DNA of 64,000 nt, taken from Patescibacteria group bacterium (GTDB lineage Bacteria; Patescibacteriota; Patescibacteriia; 2-02-FULL-49-11). Where the stretch lies: assembly GCA_041645165.1 (NCBI GenBank), contig JBAZQN010000009.1:4674-68673 (forward strand). The letters run 5' to 3'. The notes beneath the pieces were generated by a model that was not told where the DNA came from, ran no database searches, and was given only the letters and a program-made list of their open reading frames with translations. The translations under genes were made by a program, and so were the position numbers. Of this stretch, positions 19,169-29,023 are shown piece after piece (the first letter of the stretch is position 1; every line of letters starts with the position of its first letter).

Positions 19169-20425
19169 ATGGAAAAGGTGCTTCACAAACTATTTTACGG
19201 ATTTTTGGTCGGTGCATTGGTGGCGTCTCTCGCATTATTCCTAAATTATCAATTATCATCCGCGACAGGATATTGGAACGCCTTTGGGAGAATTTATTTT
19301 TATTTTCTTATCGCCTATACTTGGTATATATTTTTACTCCTTTTTGTGGATGATTTCCGGGTTAAGAAATACCCTGCGTATGACGGTGCGCTTATATCCG
19401 TGATCATGCCTTGTTATAATGAAACCCCGGAGCTTCTTGCGCTCTCTCTCCGTTCCATTATGGAGGCGCGGGGCAATATGGAGATAATCATAGTCGACGA
19501 CGGGTCGACAAATGCCACAAAAGATACCCTTGCAAGGCTTGAAGGTTATGCGAACATTCGGGTGCACCGTTTTCCTGCCAATAAAGGGAAACGCCATGCG
19601 CTCCATTACGCGGTAACGCATCTGGTAAAAGGAGAGTTCGTGGCATGCGTCGACAGCGATACGGTAGTGGACCGAGATGCGCTGACGCGCGTGGTGGAGC
19701 CGCTTTTGGATCCCTCGGTCGGCGCATCCACTGGCGATGTGCGGCTATTGAATGAACGCACGAATTGGCTGACGCGCATGGTAGGCGCGTATTACTGGGT
19801 AGGATTGAATATTTATAAACGCGCGCAGTCTGCGCTTGGCATCGTGGTATGCTGCAGCGGATGCCTTTCCGCCTACCGGCAGGAAACACTTTTAAAGATT
19901 ATTGATGAATTTGTCGCGCAGGAATTTTTCAATGAGCCGTGCACCCATTCCGAAGACCGGCACTTGACCAATCTCGTCTTAAAGCAGGGGTACAGGGTGG
20001 TTTACCAGGACCGCGCAGTAAGCTATACCCATACGCCTGATACGCTCAAAGGGTTTCTCAAACAGCAGCAGCGCTGGAAAAGGGGTTACGTGCGCGAATC
20101 TATTTATACGCTCTCATGGGCGTGGCGCACGAGAAAAATTCTCTTCTTCGAAATCATCCTCTGGGATTTGACACTCACCTTTCTCTCGCTCGGGATCCGT
20201 GTCGCGTCGCTTCTTCTCTTCATCACCCAGCCGCTTTTCTTCATCCGGTTCATACTGCCCGGTTGGCTCTACTTCATGAGCGTGCGGTACGTCTTCATGC
20301 TCTTTTATGCGCCCCAAAAAATCCTCGGCCTTATCTACTACACGTTCCTCTATGAATTCGTGCTCTATTGGCAGAATATCATCGCGCTCTTTACCCTGAA
20401 AAATAAGAGCTGGATTACGAGATAA
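19169..20425 (+). CDS. Processive GT2 glycosyltransferase, hyaluronan synthase/NodC-like
   Basis: DDGS, GKRHA, VDSD, CCSGCL, SEDRHLTN, QQQRW; flanking TM helices. Confidence 0.9.
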   Translation: MEKVLHKLFYGFLVGALVASLALFLNYQLSSATGYWNAFGRIYFYFLIAYTWYIFLLLFVDDFRVKKYPAYDGALISVIMPCYNETPELLALSLRSIMEARGNMEIIIVDDGSTNATKDTLARLEGYANIRVHRFPANKGKRHALHYAVTHLVKGEFVACVDSDTVVDRDALTRVVEPLLDPSVGASTGDVRLLNERTNWLTRMVGAYYWVGLNIYKRAQSALGIVVCCSGCLSAYRQETLLKIIDEFVAQEFFNEPCTHSEDRHLTNLVLKQGYRVVYQDRAVSYTHTPDTLKGFLKQQQRWKRGYVRESIYTLSWAWRTRKILFFEIILWDLTLTFLSLGIRVASLLLFITQPLFFIRFILPGWLYFMSVRYVFMLFYAPQKILGLIYYTFLYEFVLYWQNIIALFTLKNKSWITR

Positions 20426-20577
20426 CCTCTATAATTCTGTTTAAATATGGATTTCATTGAACAAGAGCAATCCTGTTTTTGTGTCATGTAGGTTGCTTTT
20501 TCCCGCAGATCATGTAAAATCGTTGAGAATAAATAATGTTCGTTGACAATTTCCATTCAACAAAGAAAGGCAAAGAC

Positions 20578-22170
20578 ATGAAAAGATTTGCTTTATTACT
20601 GGGGATGTTAATCTCCTTGCAGTCGTATGCAATTCAAAGGTTGCAGGTCGAGGTTAAGGGGGATAGTGTCTGGATGAAGTGTAAAAATTCAGTCCAGACC
20701 TTCTACACTCCCGGCTATCATTCTGCTGATAGCACATTGGGAGTGCTCACCTTCGATTCCGTTGCAGTTCGGCTGCCCGAATTGGGGAGAAATAATTCCT
20801 GTGGGCAGCATGATGGGATTGGATTGTATCATCTCACTTCGGGCTTGGTGCCGGAAAAATTTGGTGATAATTTACAAGTCACCTTTCGTGCATCAGGTAA
20901 GGTGATTTTTTGTCGAGGGGAGATCTTTAGAGAAGAGGCGGAATTGGAATTTCCCAATCTCTTCACGGCGCGGGAATTCCCGATATTCTGGGCTGATTCA
21001 ACGAATTATTCGGTGGATTATTTTCCGCTGAATAATCTAGATACTGTCAGGACAGTCTTTATCTGGACTGATAGTGGGAAGGCACTTTTAGATTCTGCAC
21101 GAATTCTTATTGCGGAGGCAATCCGGGAGGTGGGGAACTACGCGCCTCAATTTTGGCATAAACATCTGCAGAATTGGGGAGGATCGCATTACACATTGAC
21201 TGTAATGTTGGGAACTCCCTACATCGGTTTGGAGCATTTGAATACTCCATTTGCTGGTGTGTCAAAGGAATACTTACCACTGTTAAAACCACTTATAGTT
21301 CACGAAATGTTTCATAGTTTCGTGGGCAAAAGTCTAATGCCCGCCTCATACGTAAATCTTGTGGGATACCATCCTACCGATGCCCTCGGCTTTTATGAAG
21401 GTTTAACGACTTTCATAAGTCAGCGTTATACAATATTTCCCGTCGAGTTCATACAGGATTTGACATATTCTTGGATGAGGACAGATATGTCCAAGGGGCG
21501 AGACTTAATTGAATTAAGTTACGTACCAGGAGAATTAGAATCCCCCTACTGGAATGGAAGGATATTTTGGATCGCCATGATTGGGAAAATAAATATTGAT
21601 GATTGGTTGGAGTGGATGTTCGAGAAAAAATTAATCGATCGTAATATTCCAATTTCAGTCAGCATGGATTCTATATATACATGGCTAAGCGACTATAAAG
21701 CAGGTGTTGGGGATTATGCTCAACGAATTATCCATGGTGAATATTATCATGATGCTGATTCGTTACTTCAGTATCATGGATATCGAAAAACATATCTCCG
21801 TGATTATAGCATTAACTATATAGGCCCTTACTATTGGAGGGACGGGAAGGTTGGAGGATACATTTATGAGGGTATGGATCAGTATCATTTACCCTTAGAC
21901 TATAAATTTAGTTGTATCCTTAGCGGAAGTGATTCGCTATCTTTAGGTCCAAACGGTGACGGTATGAAATTATTGCGACAATTTCCTGATAGTTTATTTT
22001 CTGTCCTAGTTACCTCTTCACGGGGGAGGGAAGTGATAAAGCTTTCTAAAAATTTATATTTCCCTTCTGGGGAATCTTATTACTTTGAGGGCAAGATACA
22101 TTTTGCCCAGGTGCCCCTTGCGAGGCGGGAAGAGACCCTAAAATTCTGGCGGCAGTTGGTCCGCCAGTAA
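20578..22170 (+). CDS. Secreted gluzincin-type zinc metallopeptidase (M61/M1-like)
   Basis: Signal peptide MKRFALLLG after aagaaagg RBS; GLEH, HEMFH and downstream YEGLT. Confidence 0.75.
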   Translation: MKRFALLLGMLISLQSYAIQRLQVEVKGDSVWMKCKNSVQTFYTPGYHSADSTLGVLTFDSVAVRLPELGRNNSCGQHDGIGLYHLTSGLVPEKFGDNLQVTFRASGKVIFCRGEIFREEAELEFPNLFTAREFPIFWADSTNYSVDYFPLNNLDTVRTVFIWTDSGKALLDSARILIAEAIREVGNYAPQFWHKHLQNWGGSHYTLTVMLGTPYIGLEHLNTPFAGVSKEYLPLLKPLIVHEMFHSFVGKSLMPASYVNLVGYHPTDALGFYEGLTTFISQRYTIFPVEFIQDLTYSWMRTDMSKGRDLIELSYVPGELESPYWNGRIFWIAMIGKINIDDWLEWMFEKKLIDRNIPISVSMDSIYTWLSDYKAGVGDYAQRIIHGEYYHDADSLLQYHGYRKTYLRDYSINYIGPYYWRDGKVGGYIYEGMDQYHLPLDYKFSCILSGSDSLSLGPNGDGMKLLRQFPDSLFSVLVTSSRGREVIKLSKNLYFPSGESYYFEGKIHFAQVPLARREETLKFWRQLVRQ

Positions 22171-22266
22171 AAAGAATTAACGTGAAAGGATTTGGAAAGG
22201 GCCTTAGATTAAAAACCTAAGGCTTTTCAAATTGTCGAAAATGCTGGAGAAGGGTATAATACCATT

Positions 22267-23235
22267 ATGCAAAAGAGTTTTTATCGGAAAAGGCAGCACA
22301 TAGAAACTTCATGGGATGAGTCGGCGCAGTGGTACCACGGGCTGGTGGGCGAGAAGGGGATGGAGCTCCAAAGAGCGGTCGTGTTCCCACAGGCGCTTCG
22401 GTTGCTTCATTTGCAGCCTCACGAGAGGCTGCTTGATGTCGCGTGCGGGCAAGGCGCGTTTTGCCGGGAAGCGGTGCGTTATTGTAGAGAGATCGCAGGT
22501 ATAGATGCATCACCGCAGTTGATTGCATTAGCTCGCAATAATTTTTTATATCGGAATTCTAATCTTACATCCAAGGAAACCTCCCCTCACATCCCCTCCT
22601 TCGTAAGGAGGGGAGGGGGTGGTCTCGTTAATATATCAAAAAAAATTAAATATTATGTAGGCGACGCAAGGAAATTGCCAAAGGAAGTGGTAGGGGAGCG
22701 TTTTGACGCCATTTCATGCATACTTGCCATTTCAAATATTGATCCCATAAAACCCGTATTTGAAGAATGCAAGAAAATTTTAAAACCGTCAGGCCGCTTG
22801 GTGCTGGTGGTTGCGCACCCCTGTTTCCGCATCCCGCGGCAGAGCGGGTGGGGGTGGGACGAGCAGAGGAAGCTGCAGTACCGGAGGGTTGACCGCTATT
22901 TGAGTGAAATGAAAATTCCCATTCAAATGCATCCGGGAGGGCGTTCGCACGAGGTGACGTGGACATTTCATCGTCCGCTCGGGGTGTATATGCGCGCATT
23001 GACAGAAGCAGGTTTTGCTGTTGACGCGATGGAAGAATGGACTACCAACCGCAAAAGCACGCCCGGACCACGTGCGCGCGCAGACATGAATTCTAAACAG
23101 GAAATACCACTATTTTTAACGATGAGAGCAATCAGTGTTAATGTCAAAGCTCAAAGTTTCCCACCTCAGCGGGATCCCGCTTTCCTTGAGAATAAGAAAT
23201 CAAGGAGCGGGACAAATGCCATGGTTCGACAGTAG
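22267..23235 (+). CDS. Class I SAM-dependent methyltransferase with repeat-derived internal insert and C-terminal tail
   Basis: LLDVACGQG, GIDASP, LKPSGRLV, HPCF, FHRPL; hairpin insert 22579-22623; tail overlaps repeats from ~23141. Confidence 0.9.
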   Translation: MQKSFYRKRQHIETSWDESAQWYHGLVGEKGMELQRAVVFPQALRLLHLQPHERLLDVACGQGAFCREAVRYCREIAGIDASPQLIALARNNFLYRNSNLTSKETSPHIPSFVRRGGGGLVNISKKIKYYVGDARKLPKEVVGERFDAISCILAISNIDPIKPVFEECKKILKPSGRLVLVVAHPCFRIPRQSGWGWDEQRKLQYRRVDRYLSEMKIPIQMHPGGRSHEVTWTFHRPLGVYMRALTEAGFAVDAMEEWTTNRKSTPGPRARADMNSKQEIPLFLTMRAISVNVKAQSFPPQRDPAFLENKKSRSGTNAMVRQ

Positions 23236-23400
23236 TTCGACAGGCTCACTATGACATAGCTCACCATGACAAATAAGATGTGTCATCCTGAGCCGAGTCG
23301 AAGGGTTGTCATTCCTTTGAACTTTGTCCCGCACTATGAATTATTTTATCTAAGGTATGCGGGATCCTGCCTGAGCAGTGAGATTTTGAATTTTGAAATT
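23141..23400. repeat. Nested composite of palindromic repeats
   Basis: Host array gctcaaagtt|caaatgcc|aaat (intact at 63859-63880) interrupted by a gcgggatcccgc unit and ttcgacaggctca units; mirror-image units at 23281-23381. Confidence 0.85.
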
Positions 23401-23408
23401 ATTGTGAT

Positions 23409-23936
23409 ATGACCGAACAAATTACATCAAAAGATTTTTTTAATGATGTGCTTAAATGCCAAGTGTTAGGTTTGTTTGTCCATCCCACCCGCAATACTCC
23501 GGTGGTGTTTATCGGGACTGAAGATGAGCGCATTGTGATACCAATATGGATAGGATTTTTGGAGGCGCAAGCAATCCTCTTTGCTTGGAAGAAAATCACC
23601 CCGCCCCGCCCCTTAACGGTTGACCTTCTGGTATCTCTGATTACCGAAGATTTCAATGCGGCGGTTGAAGAGGTAAAAATCCATACGTTGCAGGAGGGCA
23701 CGTATTACGCTTCTCTTGTCATTGTGTCCCGCGGAGGCGAGCGCAAGGTGAGGGACGCGCGCCCATCGGACGCGATCGCGATTGCGCTCCGCACTCATGC
23801 GTCACTCACCATAAATCCTGCGCTTCAGGATGCGACCGCGCATGAACAGAAGGATGCCAAAGCGCTTCTTGATTTCCTTCGGCTTGAGCATGAAGATCAG
23901 CAGGATACCCTTCAAGAGGAACAAAGTTTATCATAA
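23409..23936 (+). CDS. Bifunctional nuclease family protein (DUF151/BFN)
   Basis: IPIWIG..EA.AI, PRPLT.DL, DARPSDAIAIALR. Confidence 0.92.
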   Translation: MTEQITSKDFFNDVLKCQVLGLFVHPTRNTPVVFIGTEDERIVIPIWIGFLEAQAILFAWKKITPPRPLTVDLLVSLITEDFNAAVEEVKIHTLQEGTYYASLVIVSRGGERKVRDARPSDAIAIALRTHASLTINPALQDATAHEQKDAKALLDFLRLEHEDQQDTLQEEQSLS

Positions 23937-24261
23937 ATAATTGTATAGGAATTTCAATAAGCGTTAAGTCGCATATCATGTGGCGACAGGTGGCTCCTTA
24001 TCCCATCAGTAGAGGCTAGTTTACACTAGCACCATGCCAGTTTACGCAACAAAAGTACGGAGTTTAATTTAGTGCATTATTTTTGAATTTTTGGTTTAAT
24101 GCAACTATGCCAAGTAATACTACATTCAAGAGGGAGGCAGGATCTATGCACTTATTTGTTGGGAATATAATTTAGCGAAAACATATTAGCCCTATAAAAT
24201 TCGCTCAGTAAAAGAAGAAAATATAAATTAAATTCACCCAAAGCATGGATATAATATAAAT

Positions 24262-24826
24262 ATGCGACGCAAAGGTTTTACCTTGATAGAATTATTAGTG
24301 GCGATCTCCACATCGGCCTTTTGGCGACTTTGGCCGTCACCAGCTTGAATAACGCCAGGGTTAAGGCCAGAGACGCGAGGAGATTGGGCGATATTGACAG
24401 CATCAAAAGGCGCTTGATCTAATGTATGATGATCACGGTAATTATGCGATATCATGCACCGGAACCAGAATTGCGACCTGTAATATGCAGCCGTATCTTG
24501 AGTCCGTAAATGTGCTCGATCCCTTAAAATCAACTACAGCGTGTAATGGCGCTAATTCAAGTGACTGCGATTATTCATTCTTATTTCGTTTACCCACTGG
24601 GCAACATTACTTAATTTATTTTCGCTTAGAGGGCGCAACCAGCCTTGGCAATAGCGGGCCGACAAATTGCGCGACTAATGAGGAAATGACTATTTGCGCC
24701 GATGATTTATCCATGGCTGGCTGTAATTTGAAAGATGTGTCTTACAATCCTGAGTGCGCTGTTGTTGATTTTGATAAAGATGGTATAATTAGCAGGGCGT
24801 CAGAACTTGCCGCTTATAGCCAATAA
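24262..24826 (+). pseudogene. Type IV pilin-like gene, copy 0, with two single-base deletions
   Basis: [16 protein letters not shown] from 24262; frame breaks at ~24310 and ~24408; repaired sequence IIGLLATLAVTSLNNARVKARDARRLGDIDSIK(R/K)ALDLMYDD joins ORF 24422-24826. Confidence 0.85.
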
Positions 24827-24970
24827 ATATAATTTTTTAACCAATTTCCTTGAGAGTTTATTTATCGCTAACCCTAATACATAATACAAAAATTATATGT
24901 TAGACATCAACAGATTCGCTCGGGAAAAGAAGCAATTAAAGTTCACCCAAAGTATGGGTATAAAATAAAT

Positions 24971-25561
24971 ATGCGACGCAAAGGTTTTACATTGATAGAG
25001 TTATTAGTTGTCACTAGCATTATTGGTTTGCTGGCAACTTCAGCCGTGGTAGCGCTAAATAATGCGAGGCAGAAAGCCAGAGATACGGCGCGGTTGAGTA
25101 CTGTAGATAAAATTAGAAAAATAATGTCATATAAACTTAATAATAATGATGTAAATTTTGGTTGCAGCGCTGTTGACACTACTTATCCGGTTTATACCTG
25201 TTCAACTTTTCCAGAATATGTGGCAAATTTAGAAACTTTTAAAGATCCGACTAAGCCAACAGAAGCGTGTAATGGCACAAATACAACTAATTGTAATTAC
25301 GCTTTTAATTATAATCCATACAGAGGAACAATCTATCTTTTATATTTTAGATTAGAAGGCCCAACCATTTTAGGCAATACTGGTGCGATTAATTGCGTTG
25401 CCACGCCAACAGGTATGGCTTGCGGGACTGATATTTCAATTTTTGGTTGTAGCAGTTCGTGCAGTGGGAGCTCAAACTGGAGCTATTGTTCTATATTTGA
25501 TTTTAACGGCAGTGGGTGCGTGGATGCAAACGATAGGTCTTATACTTGGAATAATAGATAA
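24971..25561 (+). CDS. Type IV pilin-like protein, copy 1
   Basis: Class III signal [18 protein letters not shown], 10 Cys, C-terminal [12 protein letters not shown]. Confidence 0.93.
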   Translation: MRRKGFTLIELLVVTSIIGLLATSAVVALNNARQKARDTARLSTVDKIRKIMSYKLNNNDVNFGCSAVDTTYPVYTCSTFPEYVANLETFKDPTKPTEACNGTNTTNCNYAFNYNPYRGTIYLLYFRLEGPTILGNTGAINCVATPTGMACGTDISIFGCSSSCSGSSNWSYCSIFDFNGSGCVDANDRSYTWNNR

Positions 25562-25586
25562 TATTCTTTTATAAAACTTAATAAAT

Positions 25587-26198
25587 ATGCGACGCAAAGG
25601 TTTTACATTGATAGAGTTATTAGTTGTCACTGGCATTATTGGTTTGCTGGCAACTTTGGCCGTGGTGGCGCTAAATAATGCGAGGCAGAAAGCCAGGGAT
25701 ACTAAAAGATTAGTTGACATTAATGCTATTAGAAAAGCCATGGCTTTTAAATTTGATAATAATGAAGTTGGTGATTATCAGTGCGACGAGGCGCGCGGTC
25801 CAAGTAATGCTTGGGTTTTTCCAGTTTATACTTGTGATGGGCTTGCCTCTTATCTGCCAAGATTTGCTAATATTAAGGATCCTTTAAATACTGATAATCC
25901 TTGCGATGGAACTAATACAGATGGTTGTAATTATGCCTTTTATAACCCACCATATAGCGGTACTGCTTATTTAATTTATTTTCATTTAGAAGGTAGCACT
26001 AAGTTGGGTAACAGTGGTGCAGCTAATTGTGTGGCGACAGCTAGCAATTATTCATGTGCTGATAATGTCTCTTTTTTCTATTATTGCAGTAATACTTGTC
26101 AAGGTGATCAAAAGTGGCAGACATGTTCTATTTATGATGCTAATGGCAGTGGTTGCATTGACGCCAATGATAGATCATATTTTTGGAATAATAGATAA
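25587..26198 (+). CDS. Type IV pilin-like protein, copy 2
   Basis: KG/FTLIE, 10 Cys, C-terminal DANGSGCIDAND. Confidence 0.93.
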   Translation: MRRKGFTLIELLVVTGIIGLLATLAVVALNNARQKARDTKRLVDINAIRKAMAFKFDNNEVGDYQCDEARGPSNAWVFPVYTCDGLASYLPRFANIKDPLNTDNPCDGTNTDGCNYAFYNPPYSGTAYLIYFHLEGSTKLGNSGAANCVATASNYSCADNVSFFYYCSNTCQGDQKWQTCSIYDANGSGCIDANDRSYFWNNR

Positions 26199-26322
26199 AT
26201 TTTTTTCATAAGACTTAATTTATTATTACTTTTTTAAATCATATGTTAGACATCAACAGATTCGCTCGGGAAAAGAAGCAATTAAAATTAAAGTTCACCC
26301 AAAGCATGGGTATAAAATAAAT

Positions 26323-26934
26323 ATGCGACATAAAGGTTTTACATTGATAGAGTTATTAGTTGTCACTGGCATTATTGGCTTGCTGGCAACTTTGGCCGTG
26401 GTGGCGCTAAATAATGCGAGGCAGAAAGCCAGGGATACTAAAAGATTAGTTGACATTAATGCTATTAGAAAAGCCATGGCTTTTAAATTTGATAATAATG
26501 AAGTTGGTGATTATCAGTGTGACGCGGCGCGCGGTCCCAGTGATATTTGGGTTTATCCAGTTTATACTTGTGATGGGCTTGCCTCTTATCTGCCAAGATT
26601 TGCTAATATTAAGGATCCTTTAAATACTGATAATCCTTGCGATGGAACTAATACAGATGGTTGTAATTACGCCTTTAATTCTCCACCATATAGCGGCACT
26701 GCTTACTTAATTTATTTTCATTTAGAAGGTAGCACTAAGTTGGGTAACAGTGGTGCAGCTAATTGTGTGGCGACAGCTAGCAATTATTCATGTGCTGATA
26801 ATGTTTCTTTTTTCTATTATTGCAGTAATACTTGTCAAGGTGATCAAAAGTGGCAGACATGTTCTATTTATGATGGCGATGGTAGTGGTTGCATTGACGC
26901 CAATGACAGATCATATTTTTGGAATAATAGATAA
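26323..26934 (+). CDS. Type IV pilin-like protein, copy 3
   Basis: 194/203 aa identical to copy 2 by manual alignment; C-terminal DGDGSGCIDAND. Confidence 0.93.
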   Translation: MRHKGFTLIELLVVTGIIGLLATLAVVALNNARQKARDTKRLVDINAIRKAMAFKFDNNEVGDYQCDAARGPSDIWVYPVYTCDGLASYLPRFANIKDPLNTDNPCDGTNTDGCNYAFNSPPYSGTAYLIYFHLEGSTKLGNSGAANCVATASNYSCADNVSFFYYCSNTCQGDQKWQTCSIYDGDGSGCIDANDRSYFWNNR

Positions 26935-27212
26935 TATTCTTTTATAAAACTTAATTTATTGTAATATAAAATTTATTTCTAACCTCCCCCACCGATCGCC
27001 ACACTCCTGTCCCCAATCTTAGTATGAATCATTCCACCATAGTCTCATTCATCCACTATAATTATCGAACGTCAACTATGTGTGGCATTGGAAGTTGACC
27101 CTATAGAATCACTTAATGCTTCACACATAATGTTTAGATTAACCTTTATTCCCCCATACCATCCGTGGTGTACGTATACCTGGGTGAGTTCTACGTGGTT
27201 GATATATTGGAT

Positions 27213-29015
27213 ATGACAACCAATGAATTGCGGGAAAAATTCCTTGATTTTTTTGCCACCAAAGGGCACGCTATCATCCCTTCTGCATCCCTTATTCCAG
27301 AGCACGATCCCACCGTGCTTTTTACCACCGCGGGCATGCATCCGCTGGTTCCTTATCTCTTAGGGGAATCGCATCCTAAGGGGAAGAGAATAGCTGACGT
27401 GCAAAAATGCATACGCACGACGGATATTGATGAGGTGGGAGACCAATGGCATCTCACTTTTTTCGAAATGCTAGGCAATTGGTCGCTCGGGGACTATTTT
27501 AAGAAAGAAGCGATTGAATGGAGTTGGGAATTTTTAACCGATTCTCGGTGGCTCGGTATTGACTCTGAACGGCTCGCAGTAAGCATATTTGCAGGTGATA
27601 AGGATGCGCCGCGCGATGATGAAGCGGAAGGCTACTGGCTCAATGCCGGCGTGCCCAAGGAGCGCATTTTCACCTATCCCAAAGAGAAGAATTGGTGGGG
27701 GCCTGCGGGCGAGACAGGGCCGTGCGGCCCGGATACGGAAATGTTTTATGACACCAGGCGTCCCCACGATCCACACTATGGCCAAGAATGTCATCCGAAC
27801 TGCGATTGCGGGCGCTGGACTGAAATTTGGAATGACGTATTCATGCAGTTTAATAAGCAGGCTGATGGAGCCTTTGTGCCGCTGAAACAGAAAAACGTGG
27901 ACACTGGTATGGGTCTCGAGCGGGTCGTCGCGGTGCTCACGGGCAAGACGACTGTATTTGAAACGGATGCATTCCAAAGCACCATTGACGCGATCATCGG
28001 GCTTCTCCCGAATTCTGTGGCACAGCCGTCCGCAAATTCAAGCATACGCATTATCGCCGATCATATACGCGCCGCGGTGTTTATCATGGGTGACGATCTC
28101 GGCGTGCTCCCGTCCAATGTGGACCAAGGATATGTGGTGCGGCGCCTGATACGCCGTGCCGTGCGGCATGGCCACACCTTGGGGATAGAGCGGGGATTTA
28201 CCAAAGTCGTCGCGAGCGCGGTCATCGGACATTTTGCGTCCACCTATCCTGAACTTGAGCGGAATGCGGACCGGATACTGAAAGAAATTGATGCGGAAGA
28301 AGTGAATTTCAGAATGACACTAGAGAGGGGGAGTAAGGCATTGGAGAGGATTTTAGCGGGCAAGAACGCCGTAAACGGCAATGACGCGTTCGAGCTCTAT
28401 ACTACCTATGGATTCCCCCTTGAACTCATTAAGGAAATCGCGAAGGAAAAAGGAGTGCCAGTTGATGAAACTGGATATAGCAGCGCATTTGCGGCGCATC
28501 AGGCGCTTTCTCGAAGCGGCGCACAGAAGAAATTTAAAGGAGGACTTGCTGACCATACGGAAAAAATCGTCCGCATGCATACGGCAACCCATCTTCTCCA
28601 TCAGGCGCTGCGCATGGTGCTGGGCAAGGACGTATATCAGAAAGGTTCAAATATTACTGAAGAACGATTACGATTTGATTTTTCCTATCCTCAACGGCTC
28701 ACTCCCGAGGAGCTTGCCCGCACAGAGGGGATAGTGAATGAAAAAATTGCAGAAGATCTGCCTGTACTCTGGGAGGAAATGGCCGTGGAGGAAGCTAAGC
28801 AAAAAGGCGCCATGGGCATATTTACCGAACGATATGGAGAAAAGGTGAAAGTGTATCGCATCGGGGATGCCTCGAAAGGTTCAGGACAGATTTTTTCCCA
28901 AGAAATTTGCGGAGGCCCTCATGTAGACCACACAGCCCTTGTGGGCCATTTTTCCATAGTAAAGGAAGAAGCGGTCAGCGCGGGGGTGCGCCGCATTAAA
29001 GCAGTAGTCACATAA
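27213..29015 (+). CDS. alaS: Alanine--tRNA ligase (short form lacking the C-Ala domain)
   Basis: LFTTAGMHP, HLTFFEMLGNWS, DTGMGLER, HTATHLL, EICGGPHV; start MTTNELR at 27213. Confidence 0.97.
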   Translation: MTTNELREKFLDFFATKGHAIIPSASLIPEHDPTVLFTTAGMHPLVPYLLGESHPKGKRIADVQKCIRTTDIDEVGDQWHLTFFEMLGNWSLGDYFKKEAIEWSWEFLTDSRWLGIDSERLAVSIFAGDKDAPRDDEAEGYWLNAGVPKERIFTYPKEKNWWGPAGETGPCGPDTEMFYDTRRPHDPHYGQECHPNCDCGRWTEIWNDVFMQFNKQADGAFVPLKQKNVDTGMGLERVVAVLTGKTTVFETDAFQSTIDAIIGLLPNSVAQPSANSSIRIIADHIRAAVFIMGDDLGVLPSNVDQGYVVRRLIRRAVRHGHTLGIERGFTKVVASAVIGHFASTYPELERNADRILKEIDAEEVNFRMTLERGSKALERILAGKNAVNGNDAFELYTTYGFPLELIKEIAKEKGVPVDETGYSSAFAAHQALSRSGAQKKFKGGLADHTEKIVRMHTATHLLHQALRMVLGKDVYQKGSNITEERLRFDFSYPQRLTPEELARTEGIVNEKIAEDLPVLWEEMAVEEAKQKGAMGIFTERYGEKVKVYRIGDASKGSGQIFSQEICGGPHVDHTALVGHFSIVKEEAVSAGVRRIKAVVT

Positions 29016-29023
29016 AACACGGT

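Noticed and set aside
24866-24906. Integron attC sites in the pilin array (gctaac...gttagac)
   Set aside because: Too short, no L boxes, no intI
25587-26934. Diversity-generating retroelement TR/VR pair in the near-identical pilins
   Set aside because: Differences include many C/T synonymous changes and are not restricted to adenines; no reverse transcriptase in the window
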